Source: Alphaproteobacteria bacterium
GTDB lineage: Bacteria > Pseudomonadota > Alphaproteobacteria > Puniceispirillales > Puniceispirillaceae
DNA: 64,000 bases
Assembly: GCA_038144055.1 (NCBI GenBank)
Contig: JAYQNB010000003.1
Span: 1,269-65,268, forward strand
Direction: 5' to 3'
The position numbers and the translations under genes are program-made. Positions 1-10,806 of this stretch are shown here, one piece after another. The stretch's first letter is position 1; each line of letters opens with the position of its first letter. Under the pieces are notes generated by a model. That model was not told where the DNA came from and searched no databases. It saw only the letters and a list, made by a program, of their open reading frames with translations.

Positions 1-425
1 GTGCGGCCATGTCCATAGGCACCGCCCTCTGGCGTGAAAGGTGCGGTGACCTGTGTCACGCTGGCGCCGAGACCTTCCAGCATCACCTGAAGCACCTTGT
101 CCTCGCGGATCAGGATATGGTCGTCGGCGATCTGGCAGGGGGTGTGCCGGTTGCCGACATGCCAGGCGATGCGCGCCAGATTGTCGTGCCGCACCGCAAG
201 CAGCGGCTCGGCCGCCGCCATCACTGCGATGATGCGCCCGTCATCAAGCCGGAACCCTTCGCCCTGGTTCAGTGACTGTGTTTCCGCCAGTTCCACAAGG
301 AACGGCTCGCCCCCGTCGCTGACCAGCCGCTTCCTGCGCAGGAAGCGCGCCTCGTAATCCAGCGTCACCGTGTCGGCGGCATCGCCGGTGTGGATATGGG
401 TCTCGATGTGCTGGGCCAGATGCAT
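1..425 (-). CDS. ureE: Urease accessory nickel chaperone UreE (3' end outside window)
   Basis: Not in the ORF track. Manual translation gives MHLAQHIETH...TVTLDYEARFLRRKRL...LARIAWHVGNRHTPCQI...PFTPEGGAYGHG, with UreE motifs (HxGNRH, PEGGAY). Directly downstream of ureC. Confidence 0.93.
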   Translation of the reverse strand, partial: MHLAQHIETHIHTGDAADTVTLDYEARFLRRKRLVSDGGEPFLVELAETQSLNQGEGFRLDDGRIIAVMAAAEPLLAVRHDNLARIAWHVGNRHTPCQIADDHILIREDKVLQVMLEGLGASVTQVTAPFTPEGGAYGHGR

Positions 426-434
426 GACGTCACC

Positions 435-2143
435 TCAGAACATGAAGTAGCGCTGCGCCATGGGCAGCTCGGCGGCTGGCTCACAGGTCAGCAGCTCGCC
501 GTCGGCACGCACCTCATAGGTCTCGGGATGGACCTCGATCTGCGGACAATAGGCGTTATGAACCATGTCCGCCTTCGAGATGGATCGCGTGTTCGCCACC
601 GCCACCGTTGTCTTGGCAAGGCCCAGAGCATCGCCAATGCCGGCATCCCAGCCGCGGCGCTGACAAAACTGACGGCTGAATTCTCGACAGATCTGCCGAA
701 CGCACCGAACATGGGCCGTGTATAGACAGGCTGCGGTGTCGGGATCGAGGCGTTTGGATCGCCCATCTGCGCGCAGGCGATGCTGCCGCCGATCAGCACC
801 ATTTCAGGTTTCACCCCGAAAAAGGCCGGATGCCACAGCACCAGATCGGCACGTTTGCCGACCGCAATCGACCCGATATGGCTGGAGATGCCATGCGCGA
901 TGGCCGGGTTGATGGTGTATTTCGCAACATAGCGTTTCACCCGCTCATTGTCGTTGTCGCCCGTCTCTTCAGGCAGGCGGCCACGCTGCACCTTCATCTT
1001 GTGCGCCGTCTGCCAGGTGCGGATGATCACCTCGCCGACCCGGCCCATGGCCTGGCTGTCGGATGCGATGATCGAGAAGGCCCCCATGTCATGCAGGATA
1101 TCCTCGGCGGCGATGGTCTCGCGCCGGATCCGGCTTTCGGCAAAGGCCACATCCTCGGGGATCGACTTGTCGAGATGGTGGCAGACCATCAGCATGTCGA
1201 GATGCTCTTCCAGCGTGTTCACCGTATAGGGTCGTGTCGGGTTGGTGGAGGAGGGCAGCACATGGCTCTCGCCGCAGATCTTGATGATGTCCGGCGCATG
1301 GCCGCCGCCCGCGCCCTCGGTATGAAAGGCGTGGATCACACGCTCTTTCATCGCCGCGACCGTATGCTCGACAAAGCCGCTTTCATTCAGCGTGTCGGTA
1401 TGGATCATCACCTGCACATCCATGGCGTCGGCGACCGACAGGCAATTGTCGATGGCGGCCGGGGTGGTGCCCCAGTCCTCATGCAGCTTCAGCGCGCAGG
1501 CCCCGCCGCGCACCTGTTCCTCCAGCGCCGCCGGAAGCGCAGCATTGCCCTTGCCGGCGAAGGCCAGATTCATCGGGAATGCGTCCGCGGATTGCAGCAT
1601 CCGCCCGATATGCCAGGGACCCGGCGTGCAGGTTGTGGCCAGCGTGCCATGCGCCGGACCGGTGCCGCCGCCAAGCATCGTCGTCAGGCCGGAATGCAGC
1701 GCATCCTCGATCTGCTGCGGGCAGATGTAATGGATATGGCTGTCGAACCCGCCTGCTGTCAGCACATGGCCTTCGCCCGCGATGGCCTCGGTTCCGGGGC
1801 CGATGATGATATCCACATCCGGTTGCGTGTCCGGATTGCCTGCCTTGCCGATCCCGGCGATCACGCCGTCCTTCAGCCCGATATCGGCCTTGTAGATGCC
1901 CGACACATCGACAACCAGCGCGTTGGTGATGACCGTATCGACGGCGCCGCCGGCCCGGCTGGTCTGTGACTGGCCCATGCCGTCGCGGATGACCTTGCCG
2001 CCGCCGAACTTCACCTCCTCGCCATAGCTGGTGAAATCCTTCTCCACCTCGATGATCAGGTCGGTGTCTGCCAGCCGCAGCCTGTCGCCCGTGGTCGGGC
2101 CATACATGTCGGCATAGGCGGCGCGGGAAATCTTTTTCGGCAT
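435..2143 (-). CDS. ureC: Urease alpha subunit (one frameshift near 650)
   Basis: [49 protein letters not shown]. The true C-terminus ...[11 protein letters not shown] lies in another frame and ends at 435. Confidence 0.97.
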
Positions 2144-2444
2144 CAGAGCTCTCCCATGATCTGCTGGTTGAAGCCATAGACACGCCTGCTCCCCGACAGC
2201 GGGACAAGCGTGACCTCGCGCCGCTGCCCGGGCTCGAAGCGCACGGCTGTGCCGGCGGCAATGTCGAGCCGCATGCCGCGTGCTGCCGCCCGGTCGAAAT
2301 CCAGCGCCGGATTTGTCTCGGCGAAATGATAGTGGCTTCCGACCTGTACCGGCCGGTCGCCCGTGTTGGCCACGGTCAGGGTGACGGCCTCCAGCCCCTC
2401 ATTCAGTGTGATGGTGCCGTCTGCCGGCAGAATTTCACCCGGGA

Positions 2445-2448
<4 letters not shown>
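2143..2448 (-). CDS. ureB: Urease beta subunit
   Basis: MIPGEI...[19 protein letters not shown]...AVRFEPG. Confidence 0.97.
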
Positions 2449-2762
<314 letters not shown>

Positions 2763-2770
2763 GTCCTACC

Positions 2771-3586
2771 TCATGTTTGCCAGACGCGCGGCACATGCTG
2801 GCCGCGGATTGAACCAATAATTCGTGAAAGATCGGCCTTGCCGGCCATGGTCTCGTCCGCCAGCAGACGCACAACAAGGCGCCCCTGCCAGCAGGAGATC
2901 GCCGCGCGCGAGGCAAGGGACGGCAGCACGGCGCTGATATCAGCCTGAAGCTGTTCAAGGCGTGGCCCGACATAGACAAGTGTTGCCGACATCTGCGCGT
3001 CCGCGGCGCCTGCCGGTGCAGCGAGCATCGCGCCGATCTCTTCTGTCAGCGAAAGGGATTCGGCATGGACAAGCCGGCCTTCGACGCGGATACGCCACTG
3101 ATCGGTGAAATGGCAGGACTGAAGTGCCTCGCCCATCGCATGCCGCCCGAAGACAAGGGATTCAAGGACAAGGCATTCGCTGGATCTGTCGAGATCGACC
3201 TCGATCCGTCGTGCAAGGCGGCTGCCGTCAAACAGGATGGTTTCCTGTGGCAGCCAGTGAAGGGCCGCGCTTCGGCGCGCGGCAAGTCTCACATCGACGC
3301 TGGCAATGTCGTCAGTGCTGCTGCGATAGGCGCGCTCGGCAGCCTGGGTGGTCACAACCACCTGGCTGGCGGCGGCCACGCATTGATAGTCGTAGCGGTC
3401 GCCGCCGGTGATGCCGCCGGCGGTGTTCACCAGAACGGTCTCATGCGTGCTACTTTGTGTGCGAGGAAGCAATGCTTTCGCGGCACCGCGCTGGTGCAGG
3501 CGTGCCAGATTGCCGTCCCCAAAGCCAAGGCCGGCTTCGCCGCGTGATCGCTGGAGCGTCTTGTTAACTGTGACAGTACCGTCCAT
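2771..3586 (-). CDS. ureD: Urease accessory protein UreD
   Basis: NTAGGITGGD, TTQAAERAY, WLPQETILF, C-terminal PRVWQT; first gene of the urease operon. Start codon uncertain. Confidence 0.92.
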   Translation of the reverse strand: MDGTVTVNKTLQRSRGEAGLGFGDGNLARLHQRGAAKALLPRTQSSTHETVLVNTAGGITGGDRYDYQCVAAASQVVVTTQAAERAYRSSTDDIASVDVRLAARRSAALHWLPQETILFDGSRLARRIEVDLDRSSECLVLESLVFGRHAMGEALQSCHFTDQWRIRVEGRLVHAESLSLTEEIGAMLAAPAGAADAQMSATLVYVGPRLEQLQADISAVLPSLASRAAISCWQGRLVVRLLADETMAGKADLSRIIGSIRGQHVPRVWQT

Positions 3587-3766
3587 CGACAAACAGCATA
3601 ATATTCCGGGCACGGGACGTCGCGGCCCAATATCTACATGCTGGCACGCGACACTTACTCAATGTCACTGTAGCGGTGTGGCATGGCAAGGCCCACAAGA
3701 GTTTTTCTTCACCACTGGTGCAAATATTTGCTCACCCCATGGCGGCGTGCAATGTCTGCCGCCCAG

Positions 3767-6193
3767 TCAGGAGCCAAACGGCTTGCGCCGAAGTTCGGCC
3801 GGCACCTCGCGGCCCTCGACCATCACGCTGCAGGGGCCGTCCTCGACGGCCTTGAACCCTCCGGTTCCATCCGGCGGCGAGACAAGGCACAGCCCCACGG
3901 CCGCCTTTTGCATCGCACAGAACGCGCCGCTGGTAACAAAGCCGATGATCTGCCCGTCCCTTAGCACCGGTTCGTTATGGTGCAGGATGGCGTCCGGGTC
4001 GGTCAGCCTGACCGAGCGCAGATAAGGCCCCTTCGGATCGGCCTTGCGCGCCAGACAGGCATCCCGGCCAATGAAGGGGAGTTTCTTGTCAGGCTTGCAG
4101 ATGAAGTCGAGCCCAAGCTGATATGGCGCCTCGGTATAGGCCATATCCGCCCCCCAATGCAGAAGTCCCTTCTCGATACGCAGTGCATTGAGCGCCTCGC
4201 CGCCGGCAAGCCGCAGGTCGAACGGCTGTCCTGCCTCCAGAATGACGTCCAGCACATGATCTGCGAAATCGGGTGTGACAAAAATCTCCCACCCCGTCTC
4301 GCCGGTAAAGGACAGGCGCTGGGCAAAGACGGGCGCATGGCCGATATGGGTGTGGCGCATGTGATAGGGCGGGAAGGCGTCATCCGACAGATCAATATCC
4401 GTCACCGCGCCAAGAAGGCGGGGCGAATTAGGTCCCGCGATTGCCAGCACGGCATATGAGGTGGTGACATCCCGAAGTCTGACATCCTCTCCGTCACGGA
4501 TGTGACGCCGCAGATGGTCATGGTCTCTTCGTGTATGCGAGATTCCGCTCATCACCATGAAGCTGTCATCACCATGCCGCGCGACCGTCACGTCGCTTTC
4601 GATACCGCCTCGTTCGTTCAGCATCAGGCTATAGGCCACCCCGCCGACCGGCATGGCCATATCGTTGGTGCAGAGTCGCTGCAGAAATGGCTCCGCATCC
4701 GGCCCCTCGACCATGAGTTTGCCAAGCATCGAATAGTCGAACAGCGCCACGTTTTCGCGGGCGGCCTTCTGCTCCGCCTGCGCATATTCGAACCAGCTCG
4801 GGCGATGGAATGAATGGTCGAAGACGGGGTCGGTTCCTTCAGGCGCAAAGAATGCCGGCCGTTCCCACCCCTGGGTTTCGCCATGAACCGCGCCGCGTGC
4901 CTTCAGCGCGTGATGGAACGCCGTCCGGCGAAGCCCTCGTGCGCTTTCACGCTGCCGGCCCGGCCAGTGCATGGCATAGGTGAGAACCAGTGTCTCGGTG
5001 CAGCGTTCACGCAGATAGGGATCGCGTGCCTGAAAATCCTCGATACGCGCCGGGTCCATTTCGGACAGGTCCATTGTCGGATGTCCGGCCATGATCCATT
5101 CCGCCAGCGCCTTGCCTGAACCGGCGCCAGACTGGATGCCGGTGGAATTGACCCCGGCGAGAACGAAATATCCAGCAAGGTCGGGCGCCTCGCCAAGCGT
5201 GAAACGCCCGTCATGGGAATAACTCTCGGGACCGTTGAAGAATGTGCGGATGCCGGTGCTCTTTAGGATCGGGACGCGTTCCATCGCCAGCTCCAGCACC
5301 TCCATGACGTCCTCCTCGATGAAAGGAAGGCTATCAAACTCGAAGGTCTCGGGAATGCCGTCCGGCGCCCATGCCTTGGGATGGAAATGCGCAAAGCCGA
5401 ACAGCAGCTTTCCGGCATCCTCTTTCCAGTAGGTTCCGTCGCAATAGGACCGCAGCACCGGCAGGTCTGCCGGCAAGTCCGGAACCGGTTCGGTGACGAG
5501 ATAATAGTGCTCGCAGGCATGCAAAGGCACGCCAACGCCGTTGCGCCGGCCAAGCTCGCGCGCCCACATGCCACCGCAATTGACCACGACATCAGTCTTG
5601 ATCACGTCCTCGCCGGTGCGCACACCGCACACCTTTCCGCCCTCGGTCAGAACCTCTTCTACAAGGGTGTGTTCGAACAGGCGCGCGCCATTCATGCGTG
5701 CGCCCTTTGCCAGCGCCTGGGTAAGGTCGCTGGGATTGGCAGCGCCGTCGCCAGGCATCAGGATGCCGCCAAGCACACCCTCGGCATTCATCAGGGGCCA
5801 GCGCTCGGCAATCTCGGCTGTCTCGAGGAACGAGGCCTCGACACCGAACAGGCTGGCGAAATCGGCCTTGCGCCTGAGTTCGGCCAGACGCTGGTCATTC
5901 AGCGCGATGGAAATGGAGCCGTTCTGCCGAAATCCCGGATTCTGGCCGGTCTCTGACTCGATCTCCTGCAACAGCTCGACACCATAGCTGGCAAACGCCG
6001 TGGTGGCATGGCTACCCTGCAGCTGGCCTACAAGTCCGGCGGCATGCCAGGTTGTGCCGCTGGTCAGCTGTTTCCGTTCCAGCACCACCACATCGCTCCA
6101 GCCGGCCTTGGCCAGATGATAGGCGACGGAACAGCCATGAATGCCGCCGCCAATAATGACGGCCTGGGCGCGGTCGGGCAGGGAGTCGGACAT
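3767..6193 (-). CDS. GcvT-family FAD/THF-dependent oxidoreductase (sarcosine/dimethylglycine dehydrogenase-like)
   Basis: 808 aa; GGGIHG FAD motif, SGTTWHAAG, NGPESYS, SFTGETGWE, LRIEKG (DAO plus GcvT domains). Confidence 0.92.
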   Translation of the reverse strand: MSDSLPDRAQAVIIGGGIHGCSVAYHLAKAGWSDVVVLERKQLTSGTTWHAAGLVGQLQGSHATTAFASYGVELLQEIESETGQNPGFRQNGSISIALNDQRLAELRRKADFASLFGVEASFLETAEIAERWPLMNAEGVLGGILMPGDGAANPSDLTQALAKGARMNGARLFEHTLVEEVLTEGGKVCGVRTGEDVIKTDVVVNCGGMWARELGRRNGVGVPLHACEHYYLVTEPVPDLPADLPVLRSYCDGTYWKEDAGKLLFGFAHFHPKAWAPDGIPETFEFDSLPFIEEDVMEVLELAMERVPILKSTGIRTFFNGPESYSHDGRFTLGEAPDLAGYFVLAGVNSTGIQSGAGSGKALAEWIMAGHPTMDLSEMDPARIEDFQARDPYLRERCTETLVLTYAMHWPGRQRESARGLRRTAFHHALKARGAVHGETQGWERPAFFAPEGTDPVFDHSFHRPSWFEYAQAEQKAARENVALFDYSMLGKLMVEGPDAEPFLQRLCTNDMAMPVGGVAYSLMLNERGGIESDVTVARHGDDSFMVMSGISHTRRDHDHLRRHIRDGEDVRLRDVTTSYAVLAIAGPNSPRLLGAVTDIDLSDDAFPPYHMRHTHIGHAPVFAQRLSFTGETGWEIFVTPDFADHVLDVILEAGQPFDLRLAGGEALNALRIEKGLLHWGADMAYTEAPYQLGLDFICKPDKKLPFIGRDACLARKADPKGPYLRSVRLTDPDAILHHNEPVLRDGQIIGFVTSGAFCAMQKAAVGLCLVSPPDGTGGFKAVEDGPCSVMVEGREVPAELRRKPFGS

Positions 6194-6233
6194 CAGGCCA
6201 ACCCGTCGTCAGTTTGCAGGGTGGGGCGGGGCG

Positions 6234-7100
6234 TCACTGGTCCGCGCCTTCCTGCTGGGCAAAGAAGGATGTGCCCTTGGGAACAGCCGGCAGCGCCATC
6301 GAATAGGAGCTGCAGCGGACCGTTCCCGTCTCTTCGCCCCTGACCACTTCATGGGTGAAACGGCTCGGCAGGTGATTGGGGCTCAGCTCCAGCGCGTCCT
6401 CGGCACAATAGGTTGTGATGTAGAGCGTGCGCGGCTGGTCTGTCAGGTTTGGTGCCGACCCGTGAAGCAGGTTCACATGCATCAGGCAGACGGACCCGGC
6501 CTTGCCGGTGCAGCTGGTGATCTGGTCGCGCCGCTGGTCGACGATGCTGTCATCCACGGCGCCGGTGAACACACCGTCATGCCAGTGCGGATACAAGGGC
6601 CCCTTGTGACTTCCCGGAATGACTTCAAGCGGACCGTTTTCGGCTGTCACATCGTCGATGAAAAGCAGGCATGTGATCATGTCGTCATTGGTCATCGGCT
6701 GGAACAGGAAATCCTGATGCCATTTCACCGCGGTACCGGATCCGGGAAGTTTGGAATTCACCTTGCCGTGATGGAAGCGGATATTGGGCCCGATCAGCTC
6801 CGCGCAATAATCCACCACCCGCGCGGTGCGCATGACGCTTTCATAGACGTCGGCCACCTCATCCGGCGACTGGATCCGCCGCAGGCCGGGACGCTCGGCA
6901 CTGTGGCCGGGCTGCAAGTCAAAGCGCGCACGTCCGTCGAGTGTTTCGCCATAATCCTCGGTATGCGACCGGCTTTCCTCTACCCAGCCCGTAAAGACCG
7001 ATCTCAGCTGCTCGAGCTGCGTATCCGACACCGCGTCCTCGACAACAAGGACGCCGTCCTTCCAGAAGGCGTCTTTCTGTGATTGTGACAGCAAACCCAT
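6234..7100 (-). CDS. Phytanoyl-CoA dioxygenase (PhyH) family Fe(II)/2OG oxygenase
   Basis: WHQD, NGPLEVIPGSH, LLHGSAPN...PR motifs. Confidence 0.88.
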   Translation of the reverse strand: MGLLSQSQKDAFWKDGVLVVEDAVSDTQLEQLRSVFTGWVEESRSHTEDYGETLDGRARFDLQPGHSAERPGLRRIQSPDEVADVYESVMRTARVVDYCAELIGPNIRFHHGKVNSKLPGSGTAVKWHQDFLFQPMTNDDMITCLLFIDDVTAENGPLEVIPGSHKGPLYPHWHDGVFTGAVDDSIVDQRRDQITSCTGKAGSVCLMHVNLLHGSAPNLTDQPRTLYITTYCAEDALELSPNHLPSRFTHEVVRGEETGTVRCSSYSMALPAVPKGTSFFAQQEGADQ

Positions 7101-7241
7101 GGACCACATCCTCCAACAGCACACCGGTAGCTCAAAGCTATCAGAAACCTGTTCCCAATTACCGGGGGCGTCAAGAACCATCGTGCCGGAACGTCATAGC
7201 GGCAAGGGTCTGTCGGCGGATCGGCGAACGGATGTTCGGGT

Positions 7242-8599
7242 TCAGTTTGCCATGGTGCGGATAAATGCGGTGATCCGGTCGATCTCGTCCCGCCGTTCAG
7301 GGCGGCTTTCCAGTAGTGTTGCGGCATCTTCCAGTGCCTTGGTGACGGTCACCCACGGCACCTCTTTGTCCGTGTTTAAGCGTTCGATGATCGCCCTGTC
7401 ATAAGCGGCCCTTTCGGCATCGGTGATCAGTTCAGGAAAATTGTCGAAGATGATGCGCTTCGCAAAGGCGCGGAAGCGTCTGTCGGTCAGGCGCTCCATC
7501 GCCTGCGGTTTTTCCGCAGGCACGGCGTCATGAAAGGCGCGTATGGCTGCGGCATCCTGATCGAAGGCCGAGAAATTCTCGTAGATAGCACCTTCCGGGT
7601 GTTCTGCCGGCTCGAACGGCGTCTGCCATTCGGCATGCATCGCCGGGACATGCTCTTCGGCCTGAATGGCCTTCCAGGCCTGCATGCGCGCCTCGATATC
7701 GGATGCGTCCCAGGACAGGCCATGTGGCATCGCCGCAAATTCCTCGGGCGAGAAGATCAGCGGCGCCTCGCCGGGCTTGATCACCCGGCAATATTGATCT
7801 GGACCCTTGAACAGCTTGTTGGGACTTGTCGACGCGATATCCGGTGCGTCAAACCGCAGATCGGCCACCAGCAGGTCGCGCCCGTTATGAACCCAGCCGA
7901 TGAGCATCGCCGGGAACAGTGTGCTTCTGCTCTGGACATATATCAGCGGCTGGCGCGTGGCCCGTGCCGCGGCGTCGCGCTTTGTTCTGGCCGCCAGTGC
8001 CGCCTGCCACAGGACCGGCGCGCGCGATTTGATCAGCCGCGCCACATGGATTGTCGCCTCGACATCGCCAAGCGCGTCATGAGCGTTATGCCCTCGAACC
8101 CGTTGGCCGGTGCCACATGCTCCAGCTTCTTCGATGTCTTGCCCTTGTCGTTCAGCGGAAAGACCAGCGCGTCCGGATACAGGATTTCCGTTGCCTGTGT
8201 GAGTGGCAGGATATCAATACGGCTGTTGCCATCCAGCTGCGTGATATAGGACGGGTAAAGGTTTTGATAGAACAGGCTGCGAAGGCATTTCTCGTCGAAC
8301 CCGAAGCTGTTGTAGCCACAGGTGACCGCAGGCGTCCATGCCATGAAGCGGCGGCGCACCTCGCCGGCAAATTCGTAATTCGTATAGGGCGCCTGATCGA
8401 GGCTGGCGGGATCAAGCCCGTTGACCAGAAGCGCGCCGGGGCTCGGCAGAATCTGCGGCAGGCGTTTCGAGCGAATGTCGAAGCTGTCGATCGGGTTCAG
8501 ATCCGCGTCGGTGAGGACCGCCGCGAGCTGAAAAATCTGGCCGAAGAACGGGTCGCGATCGGATGTCTCGGTATCGTAGAAGAGGAAATTCTGCTGCAT
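7242..8599 (-). CDS. sbcB: Exodeoxyribonuclease I-like DEDDh 3'-5' exonuclease (frameshift near 8090)
   Basis: FYDTETS, GQIFQLAA, GYNSFGFDE, KLEHVAPANG, then AHDALGDVEAT in the shifted frame; joins ORFs 8033..8605 and 7242..8045. Confidence 0.8.
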
Positions 8600-8713
8600 G
8601 GACAAAGTATGAATTTACTCAATGGCCGGATCAAGTCGGCCGTCTTTCGTCGGGGCGCCCCACCCGCGTCAGGCGCGGGGTGGGTTAAACCTCGTTTCAC
8701 ATGTCATAGGGCG

Positions 8714-8742
8714 TTGACGGACAGTTCCAGATCAGTTTAAGT
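8714..8742 (+). promoter_or_regulatory. Putative sigma70 promoter for the riboswitch and metal ABC operon
   Basis: TTGACG-N17-TTAAGT immediately upstream of the riboswitch. Confidence 0.5.
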
Positions 8743-8747
8743 GAGCA

Positions 8748-8930
8748 GGCTTGGACGCCAGAGGCCAAAGGCCAAGGCTGTAAAAGGGAACCCGGTGAGC
8801 TGTACCCATCAGGGCGCAAATCCGGGGCTGTACCCGCAACTGTGTGCGGTAGGGGTGTCAGACACGCCACTGGGGAAACCCGGGAAGGCAGACGCATAAC
8901 CCGATGACCGTGAGCCAGAATACCTGCCAG
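8748..8930 (+). ncRNA. Cobalamin (B12) riboswitch
   Basis: Canonical elements in order: AAAAGGGAACCCGGTG...AAATCCGGGGCTGTACCCGCAACTGT...GCCACTGGGGAAACCCGGGAAGGC...B12 box GAGCCAGAATACCTGCC (8912-8928). Confidence 0.93.
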
Positions 8931-8979
8931 GCACGTCGTAATCCTCATTTGGGGCGGGTGTCCCCGACTGGAGAAATTT

Positions 8980-9117
8980 ATGCATTCGAGTGCCATTTCC
9001 GGCCGCACACGGCCCGGGTTTAATTTCACAGAACTCAGCACAGCAAGCCTGCTTCTCGGCGTCAGCGCCACCTGCGCCATGCTGTGGGTCATCATCGCGT
9101 CAACCGTCACCGGCTGA
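8980..9117 (+). CDS. Small single-TM protein (45 aa), first ORF after the riboswitch
   Basis: GGAGA RBS, then MHSSAISGRTRPGFNFTELSTASLLLGVSATCAMLWVIIASTVTG*; hydrophobic C-terminal half; absent from the ORF track. Confidence 0.65.
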   Translation: MHSSAISGRTRPGFNFTELSTASLLLGVSATCAMLWVIIASTVTG

Positions 9118-9134
9118 CCGGACAGGCATCTTTC

Positions 9135-9911
9135 ATGATCCTGTCGGCGAACGAGCTGACCCTCGGTTATCGGGGGCAAGCCGTCGTCAGCAACGTCTCG
9201 TTCAACGTGGCTGCTGGCGATGTGGTTGCTGTTGTCGGGCATAACGGCTCCGGCAAGTCGACTCTTGTCAAAACCATCCTTGGAACCTTGCCGCTGATCG
9301 GTGGCGAGCTTTCCTGGCATGGGGGCAGGCCGTCGGAAATCGCCTTTCTGGGGCAGCGTTCCGAGTTCGATACAAGGGTGCCGGTCCGGCTTCGTGACAT
9401 TGTTGAAATGGGCGCGTGGTCACGGCTGGGGTTTGCCGGCCGGATCGATCCTGCAGGCCGGGAAGCGATCGAGTCGGCAATGCAGCGCACCAGCACCGCG
9501 GCCATTGCCGACACCCCGCTTCACATGCTGTCTGCCGGACAATTGCAGCGCGCCCTGTTTGCGCGAACCATTGTTCAGGACGCGCCAGTCATCCTGCTGG
9601 ATGAGCCTTTCACGGCGATCGACCAGTCCACCGAGGCCGACCTGCTGACGCTGATTGACGAATGGTCCGGCGAGGGGCGCGCCGTGATCATGGTCCTGCA
9701 TGACCTGTCCGCTGTTCTGCATCATTGCCATGCAGCGCTGCTGCTGGGGCGCGGCACAGCCCGGTTCGGCCCGCTCGACAAGACCCTGACGCCGGCCAAT
9801 CTTGTCGATCTTGGCTATCTGACATCAAGCCAGGCCGCCTGGCAGGAACGCATGTTCAGCCGGGATACCGGCACCCTGTCTGGCACCCTGTCCGGGGGCG
9901 GCGATGTTTGA
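9135..9911 (+). CDS. Metal (Zn/Mn-type) ABC transporter ATP-binding protein
   Basis: GHNGSGKST, LSAGQLQR, LLDEPF, VLHD. Confidence 0.92.
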   Translation: MILSANELTLGYRGQAVVSNVSFNVAAGDVVAVVGHNGSGKSTLVKTILGTLPLIGGELSWHGGRPSEIAFLGQRSEFDTRVPVRLRDIVEMGAWSRLGFAGRIDPAGREAIESAMQRTSTAAIADTPLHMLSAGQLQRALFARTIVQDAPVILLDEPFTAIDQSTEADLLTLIDEWSGEGRAVIMVLHDLSAVLHHCHAALLLGRGTARFGPLDKTLTPANLVDLGYLTSSQAAWQERMFSRDTGTLSGTLSGGGDV

Positions 9912-10752
9912 ATGGCTTGAATATGATTTCATGCTTCGCGCCCTTGCCGCGACCAGCGTACTCAGCTTTTCCATCGCGCCGGTCGGGGCCTTTCTGGTGC
10001 TGCGGCGCCTGTCGCTGGCCGGCGAGGCGATGGCGCACGCCATCGTGCCCGGGATCGTGATCGGCTTTGTGATCGCCGGACTGTCGGTCACCTCGATGAT
10101 CATCGGCGGGCTTGCGGCCGGCATCACGGTCGCGCTGCTGACCAGCCTGCTGGCACGGTTCACGATCATCCGCGAGGATGCGAGCCTTGCCTCGCTCTAT
10201 CTGATTTCGCTGGCGCTCGGCATCTTTATCCTGTCCGCGGCCGGGTCGGCCGTTCCGCTGAAGAGCTTCCTTTTCGGGTCGATTCTGGGAATGGATGATG
10301 AGACGCTGTATCTGATCGGCGCGACGGCGACGGTCACCCTTGTCAGCTTCGCCCTGATCCTGCGGCCGCTTGTCACCAGCACAATCGATCCGGTTTTCCA
10401 TGAAAGCAGGTCGTCCCGCCCCGGGCTTGTCATGCACTGGTTCATGTTTCTGGTGGTGCTGAACCTGCTTGGTGCTTTCAAGGCGCTGGGAACGCTCATG
10501 GCGGTCGGCCTGATGATCTTGCCGGCCACGGCGGCGCGTTACTGGGTGTCGACACTCACCGGCTACCTTGTGCTGACATTCCTGTTCGCGCTGGCAAGCT
10601 GCTGGGCAGGACTGATCCTCTCGTTCTATGCCGCCGAAGTGCCCTCTGGCCCGGCCATCATCCTGGTGGCGGGTGTCCTCTTTCTCATCAGCGTCCTGTT
10701 TGCGCCGCAGGGTCTGGGCTTCCTGCGCCGCCGCCGGCCTTCGCCCCGATGA
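9904..10752 (+). CDS. Metal ABC transporter permease (ABC-3, ZnuB/AztB-like)
   Basis: FLVLRRLSLAGEAMAHAIVPG, FLFGSIL, PATAAR, PSGPAII. Confidence 0.92.
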   Translation: MFEWLEYDFMLRALAATSVLSFSIAPVGAFLVLRRLSLAGEAMAHAIVPGIVIGFVIAGLSVTSMIIGGLAAGITVALLTSLLARFTIIREDASLASLYLISLALGIFILSAAGSAVPLKSFLFGSILGMDDETLYLIGATATVTLVSFALILRPLVTSTIDPVFHESRSSRPGLVMHWFMFLVVLNLLGAFKALGTLMAVGLMILPATAARYWVSTLTGYLVLTFLFALASCWAGLILSFYAAEVPSGPAIILVAGVLFLISVLFAPQGLGFLRRRRPSPR

Positions 10753-10806
10753 TATGCGGTCTGTCGATGCCCACCCTTGATAGAACTCCTTTTTGAACAC
10801 TCCCAG

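Noticed and set aside
3600-3765. Sigma54/NtrC sites upstream of ureD
   Set aside because: TGGCAC is on the wrong strand and lacks a correctly spaced TTGC. Only an NtrC-like half-site (TGGTGCA) and a GCAAATATTTGC palindrome are present, which is insufficient.
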